Of a stretch of DNA of 40,755 bases, positions 24,990-36,827 are shown one piece after another; positions within the stretch are counted from its first letter, which is position 1, and each line of letters begins with the position of its first letter. The translations under genes were made by a program, and so were the position numbers. The notes below the pieces were generated by a model. It was given only the letters and a program-made list of their open reading frames with translations. It searched no databases and was not told where the DNA came from. The stretch spans positions 101,612,378 to 101,653,132 of the forward strand of contig NC_068987.1 of assembly GCF_001194135.2 (NCBI RefSeq), written 5' to 3'. This stretch comes from Octopus bimaculoides (lineage: Eukaryota).

Positions 24990-25592
24990 GGTTCCAAAAT
25001 GTTATACTTACTTCCATGAAAATATATGTTCATTTGTGCAATTTAATGAGAACACTGATAACAGAGAAGTTTAGAAACATCTTACAGTCATGATTTTATC
25101 TTCGATATGCTTCATTTAAAGGAATATTCCAGTTGCAAATTGTTTCCTAGCTTCCCTCTTGTATTAAGTAAGGTAGAAATTCCCTATTCGCATATATGTT
25201 GCTGCAAAGAAAAGAAGCACCGTCATTGTTTCATTTCCAACAATTGGTTTTTCCTTCTTCACATTCAAACACAATGTTCTGATATTCGACATTTTTATTG
25301 AAATTATAACTGTCACATCATTCAATAAACACTTTTTGAAATTTATTAATGTTGACAATTTCCCCATGCAAATCGTTAATGTCAGCACTAAATGGAAGTG
25401 GCATCCAAATGTATTTTTCAGCACTTCTTTTAAGATATGGGGATTTAGTTTTGTTATTAATTTTGCCAGATGGTTCAAGATATTTTGTACGTCATTAAAA
25501 TTATTATCCGTAATCTTTTCTTCAGTAAATTGAATGCTAGAAAAGATGATGTGTTTTTTTTTTTTTGTTCTTGATCCACTTTCCGTTTCCAC
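24990..25592 (-). pseudogene. Decayed MULE (Mutator-like) transposase fragment
   Basis: The minus-strand ORF has GCHFHL (25389-25406; MULE CxxH motif) followed by FFAATY. In a shifted frame come CNWN...YRR*NHDCKMF (compare WN...RTNNxCExFH) and TYIFMEV (compare HPNIxxFI). The motif order fits but the assignment is by eye. Confidence 0.5.
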
Positions 25593-27044
25593 AGTATGCG
25601 TTTTTTCTTCAATGTATTATTTCCCCAATGAAACCAGTAACTTTTTTTTCAAGATTGCCTTGTAGAGAAATATTTAAGACAATCAATTCAGAAAAAAATA
25701 TATCGGAAGATAATCTAGTTAGAATCTTAAATTCTGGAAGCTAAAAGATGATTTTTTTAACCGATAAAATATTTCTACTTCATTCCGTTGAGACATGACT
25801 CATTGCATAACTTTCCTGCAAGATAATCATCTGATCACTGAGTGTTCATATTCAGATCCGATTGAAGAAAAGTCAGTTACTCAGAAATATACAAATTTTA
25901 TAAATTTTGCGATTTAACATTAAACCTGATTTAAATGATATATATGTTAAAGTTACGCTTTCTCTCTGAAAAAAGAAAAAAAATCCCTTAAGAAAAATAA
26001 AAATAAAAAAAATAAAACGAGGATTAATTCCCCTTACCTTTACGATAAATCGACATGCTCTAAACATTACAGGGGTACGGTTGTTGCGTGTCCTGATATG
26101 TTCATTCCAGTTTTATTTATATTTATTGTTAAAAGGAATTTCCATTTATTAAAACGGAAAAGGCTTTGCAGAATAAATAGTTCATTTATTTTCTATAATC
26201 TGTCAGATATCGGACATAAATCGTAAATTGGACGTCTATACTTAAAGCAACTAGGCCCACATTAATTCAATGCAGATGTCAAATGTTACTGTAGAACTCA
26301 CGAAATATCACCTGTATTGTATCGTCTGATAACAGAATATACTGTAAATCCTTAGCAAAATAATCTCCTCTTGAAACGGACAATTCCGATTGCTTAATAT
26401 TTTATCATGCCCTCTAAATTTATATGAGTATTCGGTGATTTCATTACCTCAAGAAGAATGATCTGGTGCCAATACATTATTCTTTTTAGCCAAGAAAATA
26501 TAGCACTACTGCTTCAACGATCTCATTGTAATCCTGATTTCTTTTTAAATACATACTATTCTTTCATTACAAATGCCTTAAGTGTATATTAAGCTTTCTG
26601 TTCTTTAAAACTTCCTTAAAAAGTCCGCAATGTATCACATTATAGTTTGATGGTCTAAAGATTTTTTAACATTATGGGTGCAGTATTTGATAATTCAAAT
26701 CTTATAGCATAACGTAAACAAATTTAAAGTGGTCAAAAATGTTCAAAACTTGAGAAAACCCTCTGTATATCGTCCAATTTCGGTTTGGTTATTAATTAAG
26801 TGCAACAATGATGCCACATTAATTTTACGTCAATAAGCTAAGACAATTGTTAAAAATACTGAAGAAAACTAGCTTTATATATTTATCTGGTTACGAGAAA
26901 AGTCACTGGTGGAACATGGTAATGAAACAAAATGGATTTTCACATTCACAGATATTTCCTTTTTATTATTTTATAATGTTTTCCTTTCAGAATATAATTT
27001 TAAAGGAATGGAATAGAATATGAACCTTAATCTATATATCTCTG

Positions 27045-27079
<35 letters not shown>

Positions 27080-27092
27080 ATTTCCACGTCAT

Positions 27093-27144
<52 letters not shown>

Positions 27145-28106
27145 NNNNNNNNNNATATATATATGCACACTCACGTATACATACATACAGACAGACAGAC
27201 ACATGTACGCAAACACACACACACAAGCACACACACACGCACACACACACATATATGTATTATTTAGTCCCAAAATTTGTAAGACAACATTTTCATAGCT
27301 ATACTAGCTGTTACAGGGAAGTTTTTGAACTATAATTTCTTATTTTTATGGAAAATGAAATATTACACACGTTTTTAATATTTATGAATTTCTTTCAGGG
27401 ACCCAAACGTAAGTAGTTATATACGACATTAATACTGTAAAAAGGGGAAAAAACAAACAACAATACTTTCACTTCTGAAAAATACAAATTTCACAAATTC
27501 TTACATAGACCACCGAAAAACAATTGTCTATCCGACTTCGAATCACGGCAGGAATTTAAAAGCCTTGTAATCTTTGCACCACGGAGATATATAAAATTTA
27601 TCTTCCAGCTCCATGTAATTAGTCTATTCTCGGAATTACTCTTGTTCTACAAAACTTCATATGCAATAAGGCTTTCATAACTGTAAAGAATTTTCAATCT
27701 ATTATTAGCCAATAAATAATCATTTATTGAATAATCATCCACACTCTCGTCTAGCTATATTAGTACGTTTCGTCTAACCCTTAAACTATGTTATCTTATT
27801 GATTGATATCACTGCCGACATCAATTTTATTGTCACGGACAGCAACTGTAAATTTCTACTAGAAGCAACCGTTTATTCTTCGTTATAGCCTTCCTTCAAT
27901 GAAACAGTAATAAGGAGAGAAATTATACAATAGTAACAAGTAAACCCAGAAGATAAGATCTGGGAAAGTTTCCTATTCTAAAATAAATATGCAATTGTTT
28001 AAAAGCAGACAAATTATTATCCTCTATTCATTAAATTTATCTAATTACTGCATGTGAATCTTTCAAATTCTCATTACAGGCATCAATTTATTAAGCTTTC
28101 ATTGAG

Positions 28107-28172
<66 letters not shown>

Positions 28173-28195
28173 TGTATGTATATATATATATATGT

Positions 28196-28238
<43 letters not shown>

Positions 28239-28283
28239 CATGAATATATAAGTATATATGCGTATATTTTATTCTTTTAATCA

Positions 28284-28500
28284 TTTTTGTTTCAGTCATT
28301 TGACTGCGGTCATGCTGGAGTATCGCTTTTAGTCGATCAAATCGATCCCAAGGCTTATTATTTGTAAGCCTAGTACTTATTTTATCGGTTCTTTTGCCGA
28401 ACCACTATGTTACGGGGACGTAAACACGCCAGCATCTGTTGTCAAGCGATGTTGGGAGGGCAAACACAAACACATAAACACACACAGACACATACGCATG
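28284..28500 (-). mobile_element. SINE family A, 3' half ending at the internal microsatellite
   Basis: Close match to 12800-12985, then CA-rich sequence and (TA)n. No tRNA head follows. Confidence 0.88.
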
Positions 28501-28501
28501 C

Positions 28502-28539
<38 letters not shown>

Positions 28540-29369
28540 GTTAGGGAATTACAAAAATAATCATAGCGATGGGGGAATATGTCCAGAATAGGATAAACAA
28601 AAACTTGCAACTATAAGAACATAAGGTAACGAAAAATACACAAACGAAATGATATTTTTCTGTAAAGAATTGTGTAGAAATATTGAGTCAATGTATAAGG
28701 GCAAAAAGGTCCACAATATAGAGGAACATTTTGTAGTGAATTTAACTGATCTTAGTAGTTTGGTTGGTACTCACTTTATTGACATCGGGAGTACAAATTC
28801 CAAGATCTACGGTGTCGAGATTTGAATTAAAATTTTAAAAACAAAGATGGAATTAAGATTTCAAGTAATATCTCATTTTACGAGGACCTGCTTTACAAGA
28901 CTACAGGTTAACGAGTTTTATTTTATAATAAATATAAAAAGGTTAAACAGCCATTTTGCGTGTGTGTCAACGTCGCAACATTTGGCAACACTTGTTGCTT
29001 CATGTCTACTCAACGACGAAACAAAATGACGTCATCAAATTTCTTTGCTGCTATGGGAAATTATCTCTCTGTTTTACGAGTTTTCACTTTACGAAACAAA
29101 TTAATAAGTATATCGAAGCATTACTGTACATAATTTGTCTATTGATTCTACTATCCTATTCTCCAAACGTCTAGTATATGCTGATTAGCACACCTTTTCA
29201 TACACGATAAATTCGGCCAGATTTGATTTGAGAAAGTAACAAAATGACACAGGATTCTTTCCAATAGTTTTCATATTTTTTTTCAGCTGTAAGTACAAGA
29301 TCAGCAAATTTAATGATATGATAGTTGGTTACATAAACCTCGTTATCTAATTGATGCTTTGCTTCATCG

Positions 29370-29710
29370 GTCATGAAATGATAACAGGTACAACTGACCT
29401 TGGCAAGATTTGAACTAAGGGCGTAAAAACCGAAAAGAGCGAAAATAAATACATCAAGACGATTTTTAGAGCGATCTAACAATTCTGCAGGCTTTATGTC
29501 CGTCTTAATTTTCTGTTTTAGACAAAAACAAAAATATGTAGCGGAGAGATGTTAATCGATAACATCAACAGATAAACTTCACTTGTACTTTATTTCATCA
29601 ACGTGTACAGAATAGAAAGCGAAGTCTACACCGTCGGGTTTTGAACTCAGAAAAAAAGATCCACAATTAAGTATACCACAAGTAATTATGTCCGATGCTG
29701 TATTGATTTT
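29370..29710 (-). mobile_element. Two very old SINE B-like remnants (about 29370-29490 and 29545-29710); a third may lie at about 28755-28830
   Basis: Partial motifs gatttgaact, gtactttatttcatc and ttttgaactcagaa. Confidence 0.45.
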
Positions 29711-30441
29711 ACCAATAAAGAGTCGACTCCCACCTATTTTGATAAAGAATAAAGATATCTAACTTTGTTAGAAATCCACAAAATTTTGTGCGAAATGGTA
29801 TAGACAGTTCATAAAAATAATAACGAGATAAACAACAAAACCAACGATAACAACATGCAGATTTGTATAGATATATTCATAGTAATGATAATATCGTGGG
29901 TGATAATATAAAGAACAATAAGAAGTATATTAATGAAAAACATATACGTAAATGACATCATATATATGTGTTTGTATGTGAGTATGCGTTTCTTAGAATA
30001 TGTGTGTGAAGGTATATATGTATGTTTTGTATGTATGTATGTATGTATGTATGTATGTATGCATGCACACAAGCAGATAATGGAAAAGATATAGAATAAG
30101 TCAAAAATACATGAAACAAAGATAAAGAATTCGGCCAAGAAATCTTATAAATTTAGTAAAATGTTATGGTTTCTTTCCCTTTCGCAATAAATAACGATTA
30201 CCGATAGCCGGAAATAATAAAATGTTAGCATACAACCATACACATATACACAGGCCCAGAAAATACATGCATACAAATACACACACGCGTGTGCGCGCGT
30301 ACATACAAACACACACGCATACAAACACACACACTCGCACACATACATGTATATATATATATATATGTGTGTGTGTGTATCTATATATGCAGGCATACAT
30401 GAATATATAGATGTTTGTATATGTATGTATATGTATGTATG

Positions 30442-30494
<53 letters not shown>

Positions 30495-30881
30495 GTGCAT
30501 ATAAGTAATATATATATATGCATGCGAATATTTGTATGCATGCACCCGTTCACGCATGTGCATACACACACATACACACATACACGCACTCACACACACA
30601 CGCCCACATATGCGCACGCACACACACGCACACACACGCGCACGCACACACACAGTCACATATTTACATATTCCTGTGTGGGTGTTTGTCTGTGCTCGTA
30701 TGTGTGACTGCATACGTATACGGTGTTGCATGAAATGTAGCCTCGTGTGTATGGAACGCTATGTAGTATCGTTAAAGTTTTGCATTGACATTTATGGACG
30801 TTCTTTTCTCATATGCCAAAAGTGGTTATATATATACATCTGTATGCATGTGCGCGTATACACAAACGCGTCGCTCCCATT

Positions 30882-30955
<74 letters not shown>

Positions 30956-30957
30956 TA

Positions 30958-31812
30958 CAGGGTACGGTGATTATATTCTCGTCTAAATTACGCAAAGATA
31001 GAAAATAACACTTGACATCTCATTTTAGCATGTATTTACCAAAATTGCATAAAAATATCTTGACATACTAAAGAGTAAATTTATTCAATAAAATCACCAT
31101 TGGCTTCAACCACGACTTCGAGATGATTTCGGAATCTCTTGCAACTCTTCTGGGCGGTCTTCTTGTTGACGTTGTTCAGTGCTGTGGCAGCATAATCCTT
31201 GCTTTCATTTCATCTTTGTTTTTACAAGGAGTTTTGTTGATCTCTCGCTCACCTTTGTCCCATGCATAATAACCAAGCAGGCTACAGTCTAGGGAGTTAT
31301 GTGGCCAGATGCTAGGGGTGGTGCGGTCTCAGAAATTGTCTGGCAAGCATGACTGGATTTTCCTGATTGCCTGACATGGTGCAGAGTTCTGTTGCTAGAC
31401 ATAAAGTCTTCCAGCAGCCAGCGTCTTGACCCAAGGCAGCACTACTTCCTCCAGGCACTTGATGAAGGCCTTCGTGTTGAGTCTGAGGCCGTGTGACAAG
31501 AGGAATGGAAGTGATCACTCCAAACACCATAATGTTTACTGGATGTTTGATTATTACCACTCTCGGTACATGCTTTGGGGACACAGCAAACCCCCAGTTC
31601 TTCTATATGTTCATCATCTGTTCGTATTGATGCTTTTGGTGCAAATACCACGCAGTACAGCATCTCATTTCCAAATTTCTGGCAGATTTAATTGTGTCAT
31701 GGTGCTGTTTTTCTCAGAGACGGTGCCCTGCTGACCCTAGCACACTGTGTAGTTGACAAAATCAAAAGCAAACAATGCGCATATGCGAAATTAAAATTTA
31801 CCCCTCGCACCC
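30958..31812 (-). mobile_element. Internally deleted Tc1/mariner element, DD37D (maT) type
   Basis: Minus-strand remnants: KHPVNIMVFGVI, GRLYV*QQNSAPC, WPHNSLDCSLLGYYAW and CKRFRNHLEVVVEANGDFIE*. There are 37 residues between the degenerate second and third catalytic positions. Imperfect TIRs CAGGGTACGGTGATTATATT and (rc) GGGTGCGAGGGGTAAATT, with TA at the left end. The N-terminal MTQLNLPEIWK jumps straight to the catalytic region. Confidence 0.85.
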
Positions 31813-31836
31813 AATTCATATATGAGCGTGTGTGTG

Positions 31837-31932
<96 letters not shown>

Positions 31933-32454
31933 GAGAGAGAGAGAGAGAGAGGGGGGAGGGAGGGAGAATGCCTGTAAGCACATGAGACCCACTCTAGTGC
32001 TGCGCTAATACTTCCTTTCAACTAATCTCAAATAACTCGGATCTAATTGAATCATTTGAGCAATAGAGATCAGCGTCAACTACCCACATACGTTTAATAA
32101 GCGCTTCCGATTATTGTTCTAATGTTTTCAAGCTATAAACTATCGAGATTTGATATTTGACTTAATATATTATTTCAAGTTTGAATTATATTATTCTTCG
32201 ACATTTGTAAGGTTTGGAACAAAGTAAACTGTAATATAAACCAAAGGTAATCTACGTTATTTGCTGTTTCATCTTCCAGTTCTTCTCTCGTGTTTAATAT
32301 GAATTCATTTATGCTTCGCTTATATTATAAACTCTATTTTCTGTTGTTTTACCTTACATCTATGTACGTAATATATATCGATAATTTATCCCTAAACCGT
32401 AAATTATTTTTGATTTGCCGAATAATCCGTCGTTGTTCCGTCGACTAAAATATT

Positions 32455-32632
32455 GTCGTCGTCATCATCATCACCATCGTCATCATCATCTTCATCATCA
32501 TCAGCCGCAGCAGCAGCAGCAGCAGAAGCAGCAAGATTAGCGCCAGTTGTAGTAGTGGTAATTATGATAATAGTAATAACAACGGCAACAGCTATAAAGG
32601 CAACAAGAACAAGAACAGCAACAACAACAACA

Positions 32633-32689
<57 letters not shown>

Positions 32690-32690
32690 T
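32455..32690. repeat. Compound in-phase trinucleotide tract (TCA)(GCA)(GTA)(ACA)(ATA)
   Basis: Directly visible. It explains the poly-S/A/V/T/I ORFs in the track. Confidence 0.93.
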
Positions 32691-32714
32691 TAGCAACGGC
32701 CCTAGCTGTGAGTT

Positions 32715-32972
32715 GTCTTCTTGAGCAAGACACTTTATTTCACATTGCTCCAGTTCACTCAGCTGTAGAAATGAGTTGCAGCTTCGCTGGTGCCAAGCTG
32801 TATCGGCCCCTTTGTCTTTCCCTTGGATAACATCAGTAGCATGGAGAGGGAAGGCTGGTATGCATGGACGACTGCTGGTCTTCCGTAAACAACCTTGCCC
32901 GTAGTTGTGCTTTGGAGGGTAACATTTTCGGTGCAATCCCATGGTCGCTCATGACCGAAGTGGGGGGTCACC
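32715..32972 (+). mobile_element. SINE family D, 5'-truncated, ending in (AAT)n
   Basis: ttgagcaagacactttatttcacattgctccagttcactcagctgtagaaatgag is a typical SINE central-domain motif. The segment is GC-rich and lies between two (AAT)n tracts. It is the only copy in the window. Confidence 0.6.
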
Positions 32973-33018
32973 CAATAATAATAATAATAATAATAAAAAT
33001 AATGATAATAATAATGAT

Positions 33019-33230
33019 GCTTTCTACTACAGACACAAGGCTTGAAATTTGAAGAGAGGGGACTAGTCGATTACATCGACCGCAGTGGTTCACTGGTACT
33101 TAATTTATCGACCCCGAAAGGATGAAATTCAAAGTTAATCTCGGTGGAATTTGAACTCAGAACATGGCGACGGACGAAACGCTGCTAACCATTTTGCCCG
33201 GCGTGATAACGATTTTGCCAGGTCGCTGCC
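33019..33230 (-). mobile_element. SINE family B, subfamily with an alternative 3' tail
   Basis: Head and centre match 4795-5019. The tail (ctactacagacacaaggcttgaaatttg) differs from that copy and is shared with the 3415, 24408 and 34620 copies. Confidence 0.88.
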
Positions 33231-33435
33231 TTAATATATATCATATACTTTCAGGAGTTTCATTTTCTTGTTATATTTGAATTTTTAAGTCTTACTGTAT
33301 ATCGTGTTTTCGAATAGTTTTTGCCAAATATTTAATGCCTTCAAAGCTGGGAATTTAAAATACACTCTTCAAATGTATCGAAAATCGGTAACATGAAAGT
33401 TTGAGTATCACCCTTATAAAACTCAGGTTTAATCG

Positions 33436-33495
<60 letters not shown>

Positions 33496-33584
33496 TCTTC
33501 TTCTTCTTCTTCTTCTTCTTCTTCTTCTTCTTCTTCTTCTTCTTCTTCTTCTTCTTCTTCTTCTTCTTCTTCTTCTTCTTCTCC

Positions 33585-33638
<54 letters not shown>
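33436..33638. repeat. (ATT)n-(CTT)n-(ATT)n compound microsatellite
   Basis: Directly visible. Confidence 0.97.
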
Positions 33639-33640
<2 letters not shown>

Positions 33641-34478
33641 GAAAACTCACTGCTTATTTTACTAGGTATGGTGGAAAGTGTCAGCTGTCCACAGCCAGCA
33701 GACCATGGTGACTCTTGTTTTATTGGTCATGCTTCAAGAACCCTGCCAAGAATTCTTGCATTTCCAAGCAACACTGATTTTTATAGGTGTTCTACCTTCA
33801 CACTTGCACCGATCTTTTTCAGCCATGTTGATAGTTGAGTGCAGATATTTCCAAGTGCACCAATTACTATTGGCATCGCGTCTACTCTCTTCATTAACCA
33901 CAACCTTCTTGTTTCCCAATTTAAATCGTCATAGTTGTTTTTCTTCTTTCAAATTAATCGGCGCATGCTATGTCGATTACCATACATAGTCTTTCTTTTT
34001 TATTCAACACAAAAGTGTCCGGTTTCCGGTACCTAGTCAGGTGATCGCACTGGATCATGGTACCCATAGTATTTTGCATTTCTTATTTTCGGTGACTCCT
34101 TCTGGAGTTTGCTCATACTACGTCTTTGCTGTTTGTAGGCTGTGATTTCCACAGAGCTCCCAGTGGATCATTCTTGCCACATTTTCATGTCGGCTTTTGT
34201 AATCACGTTGTGTCAATTTCAAGTATTCACTAACGATGTGTCATACCGTTTCACTCCTCTCACTACACATTCTGCATTTGTTGCTCTCGGCAGTGTTATC
34301 AATTCTGCACTTCATATAATTGGTCCTTAACGCTCGTTCCTGAGCCCCGCATATGAGTACTTCTGCCTCTATCTTCAGGTCACTTCCCCTCATACATAGC
34401 CACCGGTTCTCTGTATCTGTGTTGGCGTTCACATCTCTTGCAAACTAACAGTGCATTTTTTCTTTCCATGCCTTTTCT
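33639..34478 (-). mobile_element. R4/Dong-clade non-LTR retrotransposon, 3' remnant 1 (zinc knuckle + RLE endonuclease + 3' UTR)
   Basis: Minus-strand translation with stops and frameshifts: AWKEKMH...GAQERALRTNY...CRMCSERSETV*HIVSE...RHENVARMIHWELC...KILW...RKPDTFV...VIDIAC...PIVIGALG...KSVLLGNARILGRVLEA*. A short UTR then runs directly into (TAA)n. Confidence 0.88.
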
Positions 34479-34485
34479 TTCTTTC

Positions 34486-34549
34486 TTACTCTTTTACTCT
34501 TTTACTTGTTTCAGTCTTTTGACTGTGGCCATGATGGAGCACCGCCTTT
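34486..34549 (-). mobile_element. SINE family A, tail fragment
   Basis: ttactcttttactcttttacttgtttcagtcttttgactgtggccatgatggagcaccgcc. Confidence 0.88.
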
Positions 34550-34619
34550 CATTTCTTGTTTAGATTTTTCTTTAATTACATAATTTTTAGTTTTGATGAC
34601 GCCGCCCTTCTTCGTGGAT

Positions 34620-34748
34620 CCACGGTCGATTTTGTCTTTCATCTTTTGGGTCGATAAATTAGGTCCCAGTTGCGTACTGGGGTCGATCTAATCGAGTGGC
34701 GCCCCTCCTCCAAAATTTCGGGCCTTGTCGATAGAGTAGAAAAGAATA
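34620..34748 (+). mobile_element. SINE family B, 5'-truncated copy
   Basis: gtcgattttgtctttcatcttttgggtcgataaattaggtcccagttgcgtactggggtcgatctaatcg...aaaatttcgggccttgt...gtagaaaag. Confidence 0.85.
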
Positions 34749-35378
34749 TACTTCTCAGCTCCCTTCTGTATCATTCCCAACGAACCAGTTACTACTCGTA
34801 TTATCCTAGTATTAAGCCTCCACATTTTTGTGATTTCAATTTGCAGATCTTTATAGTGAGAAAGCTTTTCGTATTTCTTTCTTGAGATATTTTGATCTTG
34901 TGGGACAAACTTATCTATTAACATACAAGTTCCTCTGTTGTAGTTCTTGATCACAATGCCTGGTCGAATGGAGTCAATTTTTCTGTCTGTTTGTATTGGG
35001 AAGCACCAAAGGATGGTGACGCCCTCACTGTCTACTACATCCTCTGGATATTGCCTGTACCACTTATCAAGGGATTTAATTTTGTAGTATTTACAAGCAT
35101 TCTGGTGGATGTACTGCTCTAGTCTTGTCATACCTTATGAGGTACTTTTTTCAGTGAGAAATGGGCAGCCAGAAATAACATGATCAATTGTCTCTGAATT
35201 TCCCGCAAACTCTGCATGAGGTGTCAGGTTCATCTTCAAGGATGTTTGCATGGTAGTTTCTGGTAGGTAAGCTCTGATCTAGTGCTGCAATAACAAAACC
35301 TTCTATTTCCCCTTTCAGGCCTGTCCCTTGTGGCCATTGCTGTATTAGATGTTGATCAATATCTGGCTTGGACAGGCG

Positions 35379-35379
<1 letters not shown>
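34746..35379 (-). mobile_element. R4/Dong-clade remnant 2 (different subfamily)
   Basis: GLKGEIEGFVIAALDQSLPTRNY...CRVCGKF/ETIDHVISGC (CCHC, with a frameshift)...KWYRQYPEDVV...ILWCFPIQTDRKIDSIRPGIVI...LIDKFVPQDQNISRKKYEKLSHYKDLQIEITKMW...GSLG. The 5' junction abuts (TAA)n at 35380-35430. The 3' end stops at a SINE B copy. Confidence 0.9.
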
Positions 35380-35431
<52 letters not shown>

Positions 35432-35615
35432 CAACATCATCATGATCATCATGATCTTCATCATTATTACTATTATCACCCGTTTTTACTTTCACACATA
35501 GACACACGCACTCACATGTCAGCATATTCATATATACAATCTATTTATCTGTCTGTCTATCTGTCTGTTTGTTTGTCTGTTTATCTATCTAGGTATCTCT
35601 CCCCATCTCTCTCTC

Positions 35616-35653
<38 letters not shown>

Positions 35654-36178
35654 NNNNNNNNNNNNNNNNNNNNNNNNNNNNNNNNNNNNNNNNNNNNNNN
35701 NNNNNNNNNNNNNNNNNNNNNNNNNNNNNNNNNNNNNNNNNNNNNNNNNNNNNNNNNNNNNNNNNNNNNNNNNNNNNNNNNNNNNNNNNNNNNNNNNNNN
35801 NNNNNNNNNNNNNNNNNNNNNNNNNNNNNNNNNNNNNNNNNNNNNNNNNNNNNNNNNNNNNNNNNNNNNNNNNNNNNNNNNNNNNNNNNNNNNNNNNNNN
35901 NNNNNNNNNNNNNNNNNNNNNNNNNNNNNNNNNNNNNNNNNNNNNNNNNNNNNNNNNNNNNNNNNNNNNNNNNNNNNNNNNNNNNNNNNNNNNNNNNNNN
36001 NNNNNNNNNNNNNNNNNNNNNNNNNNNNNNNNNNNNNNNNNNNNNNNNNNNNNNNNNNNNNNNNNNNNNNNNNNNNNNNNNNNNNNNNNNNNNNNNNNNN
36101 NNNNNNNNNNNNNNNNNNNNNNNNNNNNNNNNNNNNNNNNNNNNNNNNNNNNNNNNNNNNNNNNNNNNNNNNNNNNNN

Positions 36179-36219
<41 letters not shown>

Positions 36220-36772
36220 CTGTCTATGTATCGATGTGTGTGTGTATTTGTGTGTGCGTGTGTATGTGTATACTCATCAATCCCGTCTATCTTTGTAAGA
36301 ATTTGCCTTGCAGCCATGAGAATAAAAAAACACGAAGAAATATTTTTTCCCTGTTTATGATAGGAATTGTCCGTTGTTTTTATTTATGTAACAACAGCCA
36401 TTTTCCCTAAAATGAAATAAGAGAAAAATATTAGCGTTTCTAAAACCTTAGAAAGCAGTTTGTTGCACACAGCGTGGGGCCGTCTTTTTCAGTAATATTT
36501 TAGATGTCTTCGTCTATCATATTATCTTCACAACACAAAGAAGTCAATAAATACAAATACGTATAGGAGATCAGTCCCGTGCATATCATAGATTCTATGA
36601 CGTGAGAGAAATATGTTCATGCTGCTTATTAATTTATTCTTGTGATAGAATTTCTACTTTTCTCGAAGTGAAATATGTTTTATGTTCTCTGTAGATCTTG
36701 AAATATGTGACAGCCTGTTTTCCAAAATGGTTTCGAAAATTCCAATGTATCCCCAAAACAACNNNNNNNNNN

Positions 36773-36827
<55 letters not shown>

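Noticed and set aside
23634-26770. TA-CGAGG / TA-CAGGGG / ACCCTCTG-TA motifs resembling Tc1/mariner ends (23634, about 26068, about 26757)
   Set aside because: No matching inverted partner or convincing transposase remnant was found.
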